Shown here: piece by piece, positions 8,923 to 16,142 of the stretch
Layout: every line of letters starts with the position of its first letter
Position numbering within the stretch: the stretch's first letter is position 1
IMG/VR virus record: IMGVR_UViG_3300043411_002890
Location: 1 to 58,216 of that record
DNA length: 58,216 nucleotides
Source: a virus
Lineage: Duplodnaviria > Caudoviricetes
Direction: 5' to 3' (one strand)
Program-made: the position numbers and the translations under genes
The notes under the pieces: model-generated
Told to the model about the DNA's origin: nothing
What the model saw: the letters and a program-made list of their open reading frames with translations, nothing else
Databases searched by the model: none

Positions 8923-9260
8923 TTCTCAATCAGTCCTGGGATATCTGGGCATTCAAATATTTTATTCTTTCCAAGAATCCTATACCATATTAACCCATAC
9001 TTTCCCTCGTATTCATCAAGAATAATTTGATCTTTAAGAACTATTTGAAAATAAGAATCTCCTTCAAGATACCAATATTTTGTTCCATCTGGATATTCAA
9101 CGGCTGGTCCGTCTTCTCGATGACGTTTTCCTTCTTTATACCAATATTTTGTTCCATCTGCATATTCAATTGCTGGTCCATCTTCTCTATGAAGATTGTT
9201 GTTCTTATACCAGTGTCTTTCTTTGTTAGAAGAATGCCCAGAATAATCGTCTTTTTTCAT
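8919..9260 (-). CDS. HREDGPA-repeat family protein, copy 6 (113 aa, 2 repeats, different N-terminus)
   Basis: Two HREDGPA units; CPDIPGLIEK. Confidence 0.85.
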   Translation of the reverse strand: MKKDDYSGHSSNKERHWYKNNNLHREDGPAIEYADGTKYWYKEGKRHREDGPAVEYPDGTKYWYLEGDSYFQIVLKDQIILDEYEGKYGLIWYRILGKNKIFECPDIPGLIEK

Positions 9261-9266
9261 TTAGCT

Positions 9267-9806
9267 TTATCTTTTCAAGTGGTGAAATGTATAACTTATA
9301 GGTTCTTTTTTAAGATCTTCTTTAAAGAAGGATTTTTCATCGTAAACTTTATACGAAAGAAATTCTTGCCAACCCTCTTTTATTAAAAGATCTGAATTAA
9401 AACTAATTTTTGTGTCAAACTTCAAATTTAAAGTTGTTTGTCGTTTTGATTTGGTAATTTCCGAAAGAAATATTTCATTAGCAAGTGGTAAGAAGAAATC
9501 AAAAATACTTGTCCCACCTAAGATAAAAACCTTTTCCTCTAAAGATTTATGTTTCTCAACCCATTCTTCTGGTGATTTAAAGATCTCGATTCCCTCTTTT
9601 TGATCTAAAGTTGTTGATATAACAACATTTTTTCTATTTGGCAGAGGTTTTCCGATTGAATCAAAAGTCTTTCGTCCCATTAAAACTTGATGACCAGTTG
9701 TTATCATCTTAAACCTCTTTAGATCAGAAGGAAGAAACCAAGAAAGGGTATTATCGTTTCCGATATACCCTTCTTTCGTTGAAGCTACAATCAAAGCTAT
9801 ATTCAT
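9267..9806 (-). CDS. folA: Dihydrofolate reductase
   Basis: IGNDNTLSW.LPSDLKRFK..T.G..VLMGRKTFDSIGKPLPNRKNVVIS...FILGG. Confidence 0.95.
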   Translation of the reverse strand: MNIALIVASTKEGYIGNDNTLSWFLPSDLKRFKMITTGHQVLMGRKTFDSIGKPLPNRKNVVISTTLDQKEGIEIFKSPEEWVEKHKSLEEKVFILGGTSIFDFFLPLANEIFLSEITKSKRQTTLNLKFDTKISFNSDLLIKEGWQEFLSYKVYDEKSFFKEDLKKEPISYTFHHLKR

Positions 9807-9815
9807 AGCCTCATG

Positions 9816-11537
9816 TTACTTCTGGTTTTTTGTCGAGTCAAGTGTCAATCGTGCAATCACACTCATAACCATTACATTTCCTAGTGTCCACATTGCTGAA
9901 GATAGCCACCCAAGAGGAAATGCGTGCATTCCGCTTAGAAATGTACCCAACAAGAACGCTGCTGTTCCTATTGTAAATCCACCAATAGGTGCTCTAAGTT
10001 TTTTAGATGAATAGAATGTGGCTATTAGCACAAGAGGTAGAAAAGCACTTCCAAGAGGTAAGAATTGGTGAATAAAACTATTTGTATAGAGTGTTAGTTC
10101 ACCTGGGGGCACTGTTAGAAACTTGGGCAGCGTAAACGGAAGCCACATTGTAAGCAATGATAGGCCGAAAGCCGCATACATTGCAGGCAATACCCATTTT
10201 TTATGATCTTCGATCTTACCACCTTTTTTGGTTATTGCTCCCAAAACAGAGGCAAGAATAAGAATCAATGATAAACCACGCCAAAGTGTTTTCTTTGTTT
10301 CAATGCTGGAAACTGCATGTTTTGCGGACAAAACACCAGAGCCATAAAGTTCTGGGTTTCTATCTCCATGTTCAGGTCTTTGTGCTGAAGACCTTAGAAT
10401 TGACTCTACTGAATCAGGATTTGTTACGCCCATTGAAACAATCAAACCTGCAACTCCTGCAACATGCGGAGCTGCCATTGAAGTTCCCGACCATGCAACA
10501 AATTGCTCGCAGCCGTTTCGACCATTATCACAAATAGTTTGTTGTGGAATGTTAACTCCAGGAGCAGCAATCGCAATCTCTTGCCCACGAGAAGAAAAGT
10601 CTGCGATTGTATCGCCTGGGCCAATTGCACTAACTGCAAAAGCTCCTGGTTCATTTGCTGGGGATTCCACTCTATGTCCGTTGTTTCCTGCGGCACAGAT
10701 AACAACAGCTCCCTTATTTCTTGCATAAGCGACCGCTTCCGCCATAACACGGTTTCTTGGGCCGCCACCAAGAGAAAGATTGATAACATTTGCACCTTGA
10801 TCTGCCGCGAATCTGATTCCTTCCGCAACGTCTGCCAAAGTGCCAGAGCCACGAGCATCAAGAACTTTGACGGGAATGATTGTGGCGCAGTGAGCAATAC
10901 CAGCAAACCCGACTCCGTTATCTGTTGCCTGCGCAATTGTTCCAGCAACATGCGAACCGTGACCTTGGTCATCATTTGCATGATTGTTGTTTGAAACAAA
11001 GTTCCACCCTTCCACACAGTTTGTGGTATTCAAATCAGAAAGTCTCTGAAACCTTCCGTGAGTTTCACAGGCAACACCTGTATCAACAACCGCGATTCTA
11101 ACGCCTCTCCCGCATGTTTGATTCCATGCAGATTCAACTCCAATTCTTCTCAATCCCCATTGTTCAGAAAATCTTGGATCGTTTGGTGTACGAAACATTC
11201 GCATTTGATGGTTAGGCTCAGCACCTTGAACATTCGATTCATTTCTTAATGAAGAAATGATCTGTTCGCCGCGTGAATGTTCAGCTCTGAAAGTATAAAT
11301 TCTATCCTCACCAACCATTTGTGGAGTATTTGCCGTCAACGCAATCCCATATCTTCGAGATGTTTCTTGCACTGTTGATTCCGAAACAGAATCGGAAAAA
11401 TCAACAACGAATTCTTCTTGACCAGTATTTGTTTGCGATTCGTCATTGAATGTTGCATGCTGTGCTCTTGCGTTTGTTGACGCAAGAATAACAGATAGCA
11501 TCACCGATGTTGTTAGATAGGATCTTACGTTTCTCAT
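9816..11537 (-). CDS. Secreted/membrane-anchored subtilisin-family (S8) serine protease
   Basis: Signal-peptide-like N-terminus, propeptide, triad VVDTG / HGSHVAG / GTSMAAPHVAG, oxyanion AAGN, several C-terminal hydrophobic helices. Confidence 0.93.
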   Translation of the reverse strand: MRNVRSYLTTSVMLSVILASTNARAQHATFNDESQTNTGQEEFVVDFSDSVSESTVQETSRRYGIALTANTPQMVGEDRIYTFRAEHSRGEQIISSLRNESNVQGAEPNHQMRMFRTPNDPRFSEQWGLRRIGVESAWNQTCGRGVRIAVVDTGVACETHGRFQRLSDLNTTNCVEGWNFVSNNNHANDDQGHGSHVAGTIAQATDNGVGFAGIAHCATIIPVKVLDARGSGTLADVAEGIRFAADQGANVINLSLGGGPRNRVMAEAVAYARNKGAVVICAAGNNGHRVESPANEPGAFAVSAIGPGDTIADFSSRGQEIAIAAPGVNIPQQTICDNGRNGCEQFVAWSGTSMAAPHVAGVAGLIVSMGVTNPDSVESILRSSAQRPEHGDRNPELYGSGVLSAKHAVSSIETKKTLWRGLSLILILASVLGAITKKGGKIEDHKKWVLPAMYAAFGLSLLTMWLPFTLPKFLTVPPGELTLYTNSFIHQFLPLGSAFLPLVLIATFYSSKKLRAPIGGFTIGTAAFLLGTFLSGMHAFPLGWLSSAMWTLGNVMVMSVIARLTLDSTKNQK

Positions 11538-11597
11538 TTTTTTCCTTTGTTTCCTTTGTTTCCTGTTCTGGTTTCGTCTCTCGTGCCTTGGACTGAC

Positions 11598-11625
11598 ACT
11601 ATATGCACGCGCAGGCGGCTGTCAA
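11598..11625 (-). promoter_or_regulatory. sigma70-like promoter with GC-rich spacer, upstream of the S8 protease
   Basis: TTGACA-gccgcctgcgcgtgca(16)-TATAGT in an intergenic gap, followed by GGAAACAAA repeats and an AGGA RBS. Confidence 0.7.
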
Positions 11626-11632
11626 CGGCCGT

Positions 11633-12028
11633 CTATGGCATGTTTACGATTATACAAGGCGGCTCTAAAACTTTAAGGGATGTATATTTTTTGAATGCTG
11701 AAAACTGACTTTTTGTCATTAAAATAAACTCATAAACATATGCTACGTTATGCAAACGATCTGCATATTGAAAATAAAAAACATATAAAGATCTCTTTGA
11801 GATTACACTAAACTTAGTTCTAAGTTTTCTTGGAGACAAGAAACCCATGAGATTGATTACAATGCTGGTATCATTTTTTGTAATCAAGAAAAAATCTTCA
11901 ACAAGAGTTTTTTCGATTTTATCTAAAACAACTAAATTTAAACCAATTCGTTTTTTATTAATATTTCCCAGTTCGAAAGATGAAGAATCTATTAATTTAT
12001 CTATGATAAGTTTATTCTTCTTTTTCAT
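11633..12028 (-). CDS. Hypothetical protein, paralog family B
   Basis: GFLSPRKL...LEPPCIIVNM. Confidence 0.75.
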   Translation of the reverse strand: MKKKNKLIIDKLIDSSSFELGNINKKRIGLNLVVLDKIEKTLVEDFFLITKNDTSIVINLMGFLSPRKLRTKFSVISKRSLYVFYFQYADRLHNVAYVYEFILMTKSQFSAFKKYTSLKVLEPPCIIVNMP

Positions 12029-12479
12029 GACTCTCCATATTCAAAATTATTTTTGGTGGCTCTAAAACCTCAAGTCCACAAATTTTATGAAACTGGTTAA
12101 AATCTTTTTCAGATATAAAAAAATAATCAAAATCATTATGAATTTCAAATTCACGATTAGCCTTTAGACAAGAACCAATAAACTTTGACATAAATTGAAA
12201 TACTATAAGAGGTTTTCTTGATCGTATGCCAAAACATGTTTGAAGTTTTCGTGGAGAAAAAAATCCAACAGTATCTATGATTAAAGATGAATCAGTGACA
12301 ATTGATCCAAAGATAAGGTTGTAATTCTGTGCTTTATTTGTGTAAAACATTCCGACTGAAAAACGATTAGGTTGCAGAGGATAAGGATCAATATTAAAAC
12401 TAATATTATGTTTCTTAATAAGAAGATCAATATCTTGTTCGTGGCTTAATATATAAGCATTATTCTTTTTTGATTTCAT
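12012..12479 (-). CDS. Hypothetical protein, paralog family B
   Basis: GFFSPRKL...LEPPKIILNM. Confidence 0.75.
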   Translation of the reverse strand: MKSKKNNAYILSHEQDIDLLIKKHNISFNIDPYPLQPNRFSVGMFYTNKAQNYNLIFGSIVTDSSLIIDTVGFFSPRKLQTCFGIRSRKPLIVFQFMSKFIGSCLKANREFEIHNDFDYFFISEKDFNQFHKICGLEVLEPPKIILNMESHEKEE

Positions 12480-12883
12480 TTTAAATGAACTATTACATGA
12501 GGTATATCAATAATATACTTGAAATATGATTTTTGCCTATTAAACTGTTCGATTGTCATTAAACAATGACATTGACTTTTATCTTCTCTAATTAATAAAC
12601 AACTAACAAGAGGAGCAAAATTTCTTATTTTATAAGAATATCGATTTATTCTAATTCTTTTTCTTCTTCTTGAAATCTTCTTTGAAGATTTCTTCTTTCT
12701 AAAATATGAAGAAGATATATGAAGTTTAAGATATTTTTCCGATCTTATGAGGAAGATGACTTGTAATCCATAATTTAATATATCTGAAAATAGAAATTGT
12801 TCTTTTTCTTCTAACAAAGAAATCTGTTTTTCTTCATCAAGAACTTCAATATATGTATTCTGAATACATTTTTCACTTTTCAT
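12476..12883 (-). CDS. Hypothetical protein, probable family B
   Basis: Basic central patch; C-terminal IDIPHVIVHL. Confidence 0.65.
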   Translation of the reverse strand: MKSEKCIQNTYIEVLDEEKQISLLEEKEQFLFSDILNYGLQVIFLIRSEKYLKLHISSSYFRKKKSSKKISRRRKRIRINRYSYKIRNFAPLVSCLLIREDKSQCHCLMTIEQFNRQKSYFKYIIDIPHVIVHLK

Positions 12884-12885
12884 TT

Positions 12886-13122
12886 TTAGAGATTTTTTTC
12901 AAACTTATACATATTTTTTATATACGCATGAAAAAATTTGCCTTTTGATTCTGAAGATTTAAACTGTTCCCATGTATCTTCGGTAACACCCTTATATTCA
13001 TAAATTTTACCATTTGTTTTAAACGTTAATTTAAGTCTATGGTAAAGAGAATTGTATTCTGCATGGGTTATTAACTTACTTGATTCTGTATCTATTTGGT
13101 CTGTTGTTATTGAATCTATCAT
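12886..13122 (-). CDS. KTSC-domain protein
   Basis: SKLITHAEYN....LKLTFK.NG.IYEY.GV....W..F..SESKGKFFHAYIK. Confidence 0.88.
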   Translation of the reverse strand: MIDSITTDQIDTESSKLITHAEYNSLYHRLKLTFKTNGKIYEYKGVTEDTWEQFKSSESKGKFFHAYIKNMYKFEKNL

Positions 13123-13131
13123 TTTTTATCC

Positions 13132-13359
13132 TTAGTTTGTATTAACTATTACTTTTGGGAACTCTAGGAGTTTAATATTGAACTCTCTAAAATACGGAAT
13201 TAAATTTTGTAAATATGATTTCGTTATATACAATGGAGAGTTTATTTGATCATCAAAAGATATTAAATATTGTGTGTTTGGATCTATCTTATATAGTGAA
13301 AATTCACTAATAATTTGATATTTTGACCATAATCTTCTTGGCGAGATCTTTTCAATCAC
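13132..13359 (-). CDS. Family B paralog, apparently N-terminally truncated (possible pseudogene)
   Basis: ISPRRL...LEFPKVIVN; frame stays open upstream to a TGA near 13475, beside T/A homopolymers. Confidence 0.55.
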   Translation of the reverse strand: MIEKISPRRLWSKYQIISEFSLYKIDPNTQYLISFDDQINSPLYITKSYLQNLIPYFREFNIKLLEFPKVIVNTN

Positions 13360-13574
13360 AATAGATTGATTACAATCAAGGCGAATTAATTGTGAAGATA
13401 CTACTTGCTTCCTTGTCTCAATGAATTCACTTGTTAATTTTGATTGTTTATAAACAGTCTTTTTTCTAAAATTTCAAAAAATAAAGCATTTTTTTGTTTA
13501 AATATTCTATTTTTTTCTCAAACTCTCGAATAGTTTGGTCTATGTAAATTAATATTTAAATCCTTTCAAATAGG

Positions 13575-13608
13575 AAAGCCCTTGAAGGGTTTAATCTTCA
13601 AGGGCTTT
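13575..13608 (-). terminator. Hairpin, probable intrinsic terminator
   Basis: AAAGCCCTTGAAG-8 nt-CTTCAAGGGCTTT perfect 13-bp stem just downstream of the gene ending at 13627. Confidence 0.7.
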
Positions 13609-13626
13609 ATTTGGTTTAGATTCGAT

Positions 13627-14040
13627 TCAAACCCGTTTTGAGGCCATTGTCTTCACATATGAATGGAAGAATGTACCAGCGGATTTACGTCTACGCCACG
13701 ACATTGCCATCTCTTTTGAGAAACTCTCATAAAGATACCGATTTCCGTCTTTGAAAAAGACGGTCATGTTACCAGTTTGATGATTGGCTTTGTCATTGGC
13801 TACCCAACGAAAGCTCTTGATGAAAGATGAATCTTCAAATTTATGCTCAATCATAAATTGAGTATTTGAAGGTGTACGTTTTGTAACAGGTGTTGACTTA
13901 ACCTTTGTAGGTTTAGTTGTTACCCTTGTTGAATTTTTCTTTGTTGATTTTTTAGGAGCTGATGTTTTTGTCATTTTTCTTGTTGATTTTCCTGTCGAGT
14001 TACTCTTAGATGATCGTTTCGCGGTTTTTGTCTTTGTCAT
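13627..14040 (-). CDS. KTSC-domain protein with Lys/Thr/Ser-rich basic N-terminal tail
   Basis: MTKTKTAKRSSK...; DSSFIKSFRW...MTVFFKDGNRYLYE...SAGTFFHSYVK. Start moved to ATG 14040 because the longer track ORF runs through a promoter and the upstream gene. Confidence 0.82.
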   Translation of the reverse strand: MTKTKTAKRSSKSNSTGKSTRKMTKTSAPKKSTKKNSTRVTTKPTKVKSTPVTKRTPSNTQFMIEHKFEDSSFIKSFRWVANDKANHQTGNMTVFFKDGNRYLYESFSKEMAMSWRRRKSAGTFFHSYVKTMASKRV

Positions 14041-14047
14041 GCACCGT

Positions 14048-14075
14048 AGTATAAGAGCGCTGCGGGCACCGTCAA
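14048..14075 (-). promoter_or_regulatory. sigma70-like promoter with GC-rich spacer; probably gives a leaderless mRNA
   Basis: TTGACG-gtgcccgcagcgctct(16)-TATACT, 7 nt before ATG 14040. Confidence 0.7.
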
Positions 14076-14092
14076 GGGGCGGCGTGTCGTTT

Positions 14093-14326
14093 TCAGTCCT
14101 CGTTGTGCTTGAGTTTGTATTGAGCAAATAATTGCTGAACAATTCTTAACTCATCAAAAGTCAAACCAATACTATCTTGAGTGCCCATGATGTTAGCAAA
14201 ATAAACTTCAGAATACCTTTGTCTATCATATCCAAAATCATCGAACAAAACTACGGTTCTTGCTCTGATAACAAGACCATTTTTTTCTACCAAAGTTTCT
14301 TCACGAATTAGTTTTTGTTTCAACAT
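14093..14326 (-). CDS. Hypothetical protein
   Basis: 77-aa ORF in operon context. Confidence 0.6.
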   Translation of the reverse strand: MLKQKLIREETLVEKNGLVIRARTVVLFDDFGYDRQRYSEVYFANIMGTQDSIGLTFDELRIVQQLFAQYKLKHNED

Positions 14327-14654
14327 TTTCTATACTTTCACCCTTTTCAAGAATCATTTTGTTTTTTTCATCTAAAATTTGTTTAATACCTAAAAAAGAA
14401 TATCCATTTACATCAAGATAAGCATCTAATCTGCCTTCTTCTGGAGGAAGTAGGCTGCTATTTGCTATTCGACTTAGCTTATCAATTACTCTTATGATGA
14501 ACATTACGTCAGAATATTGTTCTTCGACAATTCCATCTGGGAAGAGGAGTTTTAGGTGCTCCGTTGTCTTATTAAAACTTCCGCCATAAGCGCGATTCTT
14601 TTTCTCCAAGAGTTCGGCTTGGGCGACTGCAATTTCATGAAATGTTTTCTTCAT
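14301..14654 (-). CDS. Nucleotide modification associated domain 1 (DUF1599-like) protein
   Basis: LLEKKNRAYGGSF...IRVIDKLSRI.N...DAYLDVNGYS. Confidence 0.7.
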   Translation of the reverse strand: MKKTFHEIAVAQAELLEKKNRAYGGSFNKTTEHLKLLFPDGIVEEQYSDVMFIIRVIDKLSRIANSSLLPPEEGRLDAYLDVNGYSFLGIKQILDEKNKMILEKGESIENVETKTNS

Positions 14655-14698
14655 GGAGAAGAGTTATAACATCTCAATTTTAAGAAGGCAATAGTCTT

Positions 14699-14965
14699 TT
14701 ATTTTTCAGTGGGAAGATTGATATACACAACAACTATAGTATATTTGCCGCGCATGGACTGCGAAGACTCAAGATAAGAAACAATAGCAATCTCAGCCTC
14801 TTCCCAAGATTCATACAATGGATCAGTTTTCCCAGATATTGTAACAGACTCGAAGTATTCGTTGACAATCCTAAACATCTTATGAGGCTTAAGTTTGAAA
14901 TCATGAGAGCTAATTCTTCTTGGAGATAAATCATTTCCAAGAAGAATATCTTTTTCGTTACTCAT
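14699..14965 (-). CDS. Hypothetical protein
   Basis: 88-aa ORF overlapping the upstream stop. Confidence 0.65.
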   Translation of the reverse strand: MSNEKDILLGNDLSPRRISSHDFKLKPHKMFRIVNEYFESVTISGKTDPLYESWEEAEIAIVSYLESSQSMRGKYTIVVVYINLPTEK

Positions 14966-15359
14966 TAAATTTCTTAAAATTAATTTTTATAGAAGGCATT
15001 CCCTTAATTAATTTTTTATTTTCCAAGAAATTTTGACAAGATGAGAAAACATAAAAATATTGTTTTGTATATTTGTTTTGATACATGATTGTTGGAAAAT
15101 AAAAATTGATTATATCTTTTTCATTCTTATATTTTCCCATATCATTTATTTTGTATTGTGTCTTAAAGAACAACCTTACCGCCCTTTTAGAAATGACTCT
15201 AATAGGTTCAAGTTCTTTTATTTCATCTTCTGTGAGAGATACAGCATTAAAATAACACTCTTCATCATATTCATCTTGAATGATCTCAAAAAACATGAAA
15301 TATGTTGTTATTTTGCCCACTGTTGTTATACAATTTTTTATTAGTTGTCTAGTGAGCAT
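14958..15359 (-). CDS. Hypothetical protein, distant family B-like
   Basis: GAGG RBS before ATG 15359; ISKRAV... C-terminal KGMPSIKINF. Confidence 0.65.
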   Translation of the reverse strand: MLTRQLIKNCITTVGKITTYFMFFEIIQDEYDEECYFNAVSLTEDEIKELEPIRVISKRAVRLFFKTQYKINDMGKYKNEKDIINFYFPTIMYQNKYTKQYFYVFSSCQNFLENKKLIKGMPSIKINFKKFNE

Positions 15360-15392
15360 TACCACCTCACTATTAACTACGATACAAATATT

Positions 15393-15707
15393 TTAGTCTT
15401 TTGGATTTGATCTCATTATCGATATTATGTGTCTAACAAGTTTTTCTGGCTCTTGAATTAGCCTTGGGTTTTCTTTTAAATTATGAGCTATTATTTGTAC
15501 TAACGAATCAACTTCAAAATATATATCAAGAGAAATTAAAGGAACCATAATTGTTACAAAAATATTTAAAAGTGTTTCCTGAGCTTCTGAATTGGAAGCT
15601 AAAACAAGATTGTTTAACTCATCAATTTTAGCGTTAAAAATTTCTGTATGATAATCAGTTAGATCATCATATAAACCTTCATTCTCTAAAGCTTTTTTAT
15701 CTATCAT
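15393..15707 (-). CDS. Hypothetical protein
   Basis: ATG 15707 (MIDKK); the longer track start lies inside the 46-bp IS stub. Confidence 0.7.
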   Translation of the reverse strand: MIDKKALENEGLYDDLTDYHTEIFNAKIDELNNLVLASNSEAQETLLNIFVTIMVPLISLDIYFEVDSLVQIIAHNLKENPRLIQEPEKLVRHIISIMRSNPKD

Positions 15708-15721
15708 TGTTTTTGACTTAT

Positions 15722-15767
15722 TTCTTGTGAGCAGAAAACTCACAGACTCGTCCTGTGAGTAGTTCAC
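15722..15767 (+). mobile_element. 46-bp palindromic non-autonomous IS200/IS605 derivative (left end fused to right-end tail)
   Basis: TTAT|TTCTTGTGAGCAGAAAACTCACAGACTCGTCCTGTGAG-TAGTTCAC; first 38 nt nearly identical to 57258 onward, last 8 nt identical to the end of the 49729-49927 element. Confidence 0.85.
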
Positions 15768-16099
15768 ATTGGTATAACGTTATCTTTTACTAAGATGATT
15801 ATCTCTTTTAACAATTCAGCATCAGTAAATTTTTTACCAGATAAAGAATCTACAAGTTTTAGTATTTCTGTTATCTCAGGAATATTACCAATGATTTTTA
15901 TGGTTGCAATAATTACATCTTTTGGCGTTTGAAAATCTATCTTTCTTTTCGTAACCCATGCTGAATATTTGAAATTATGAATTTTAAGACAGTTTTTACT
16001 GCAACAAGTTATCGTTGCAGACCTATCGAGAAAACGCTGTTCTTCAGATGGTATAAATAAAAAACCACAGTTAGCACAGAAAATTTGATAAAAAACCAT
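15764..16099 (-). CDS. Hypothetical protein with zinc-binding motifs
   Basis: CANCG...CCSKNC; its stop codon is supplied by the IS stub. Confidence 0.7.
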   Translation of the reverse strand: MVFYQIFCANCGFLFIPSEEQRFLDRSATITCCSKNCLKIHNFKYSAWVTKRKIDFQTPKDVIIATIKIIGNIPEITEILKLVDSLSGKKFTDAELLKEIIILVKDNVIPM

Positions 16100-16142
16100 G
16101 GTTTAATTCCCAATAATAACTACTCAAAAAATATTACTAAAA

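Larger units (their letters stand above)
7102..9260 (-). repeat. Tandem array of six paralogous genes with internal 69-bp repeat units
   Basis: Recurring DNA strings such as gctggtccatcttctc and agtcctggxatxtctgg at regular positions. Confidence 0.9.

Noticed and set aside
7102-9260. Repeat array as a CRISPR array or DGR template/variable repeats
   Set aside because: Repeats are in-frame coding units inside ORFs with no spacer structure; differences do not appear confined to adenines and no reverse transcriptase is in the window
10268-11249. Alternative-frame and antisense ORFs over the S8 protease (and similar shadows across the window)
   Set aside because: They overlap well-supported genes and have no motifs; expected shadows
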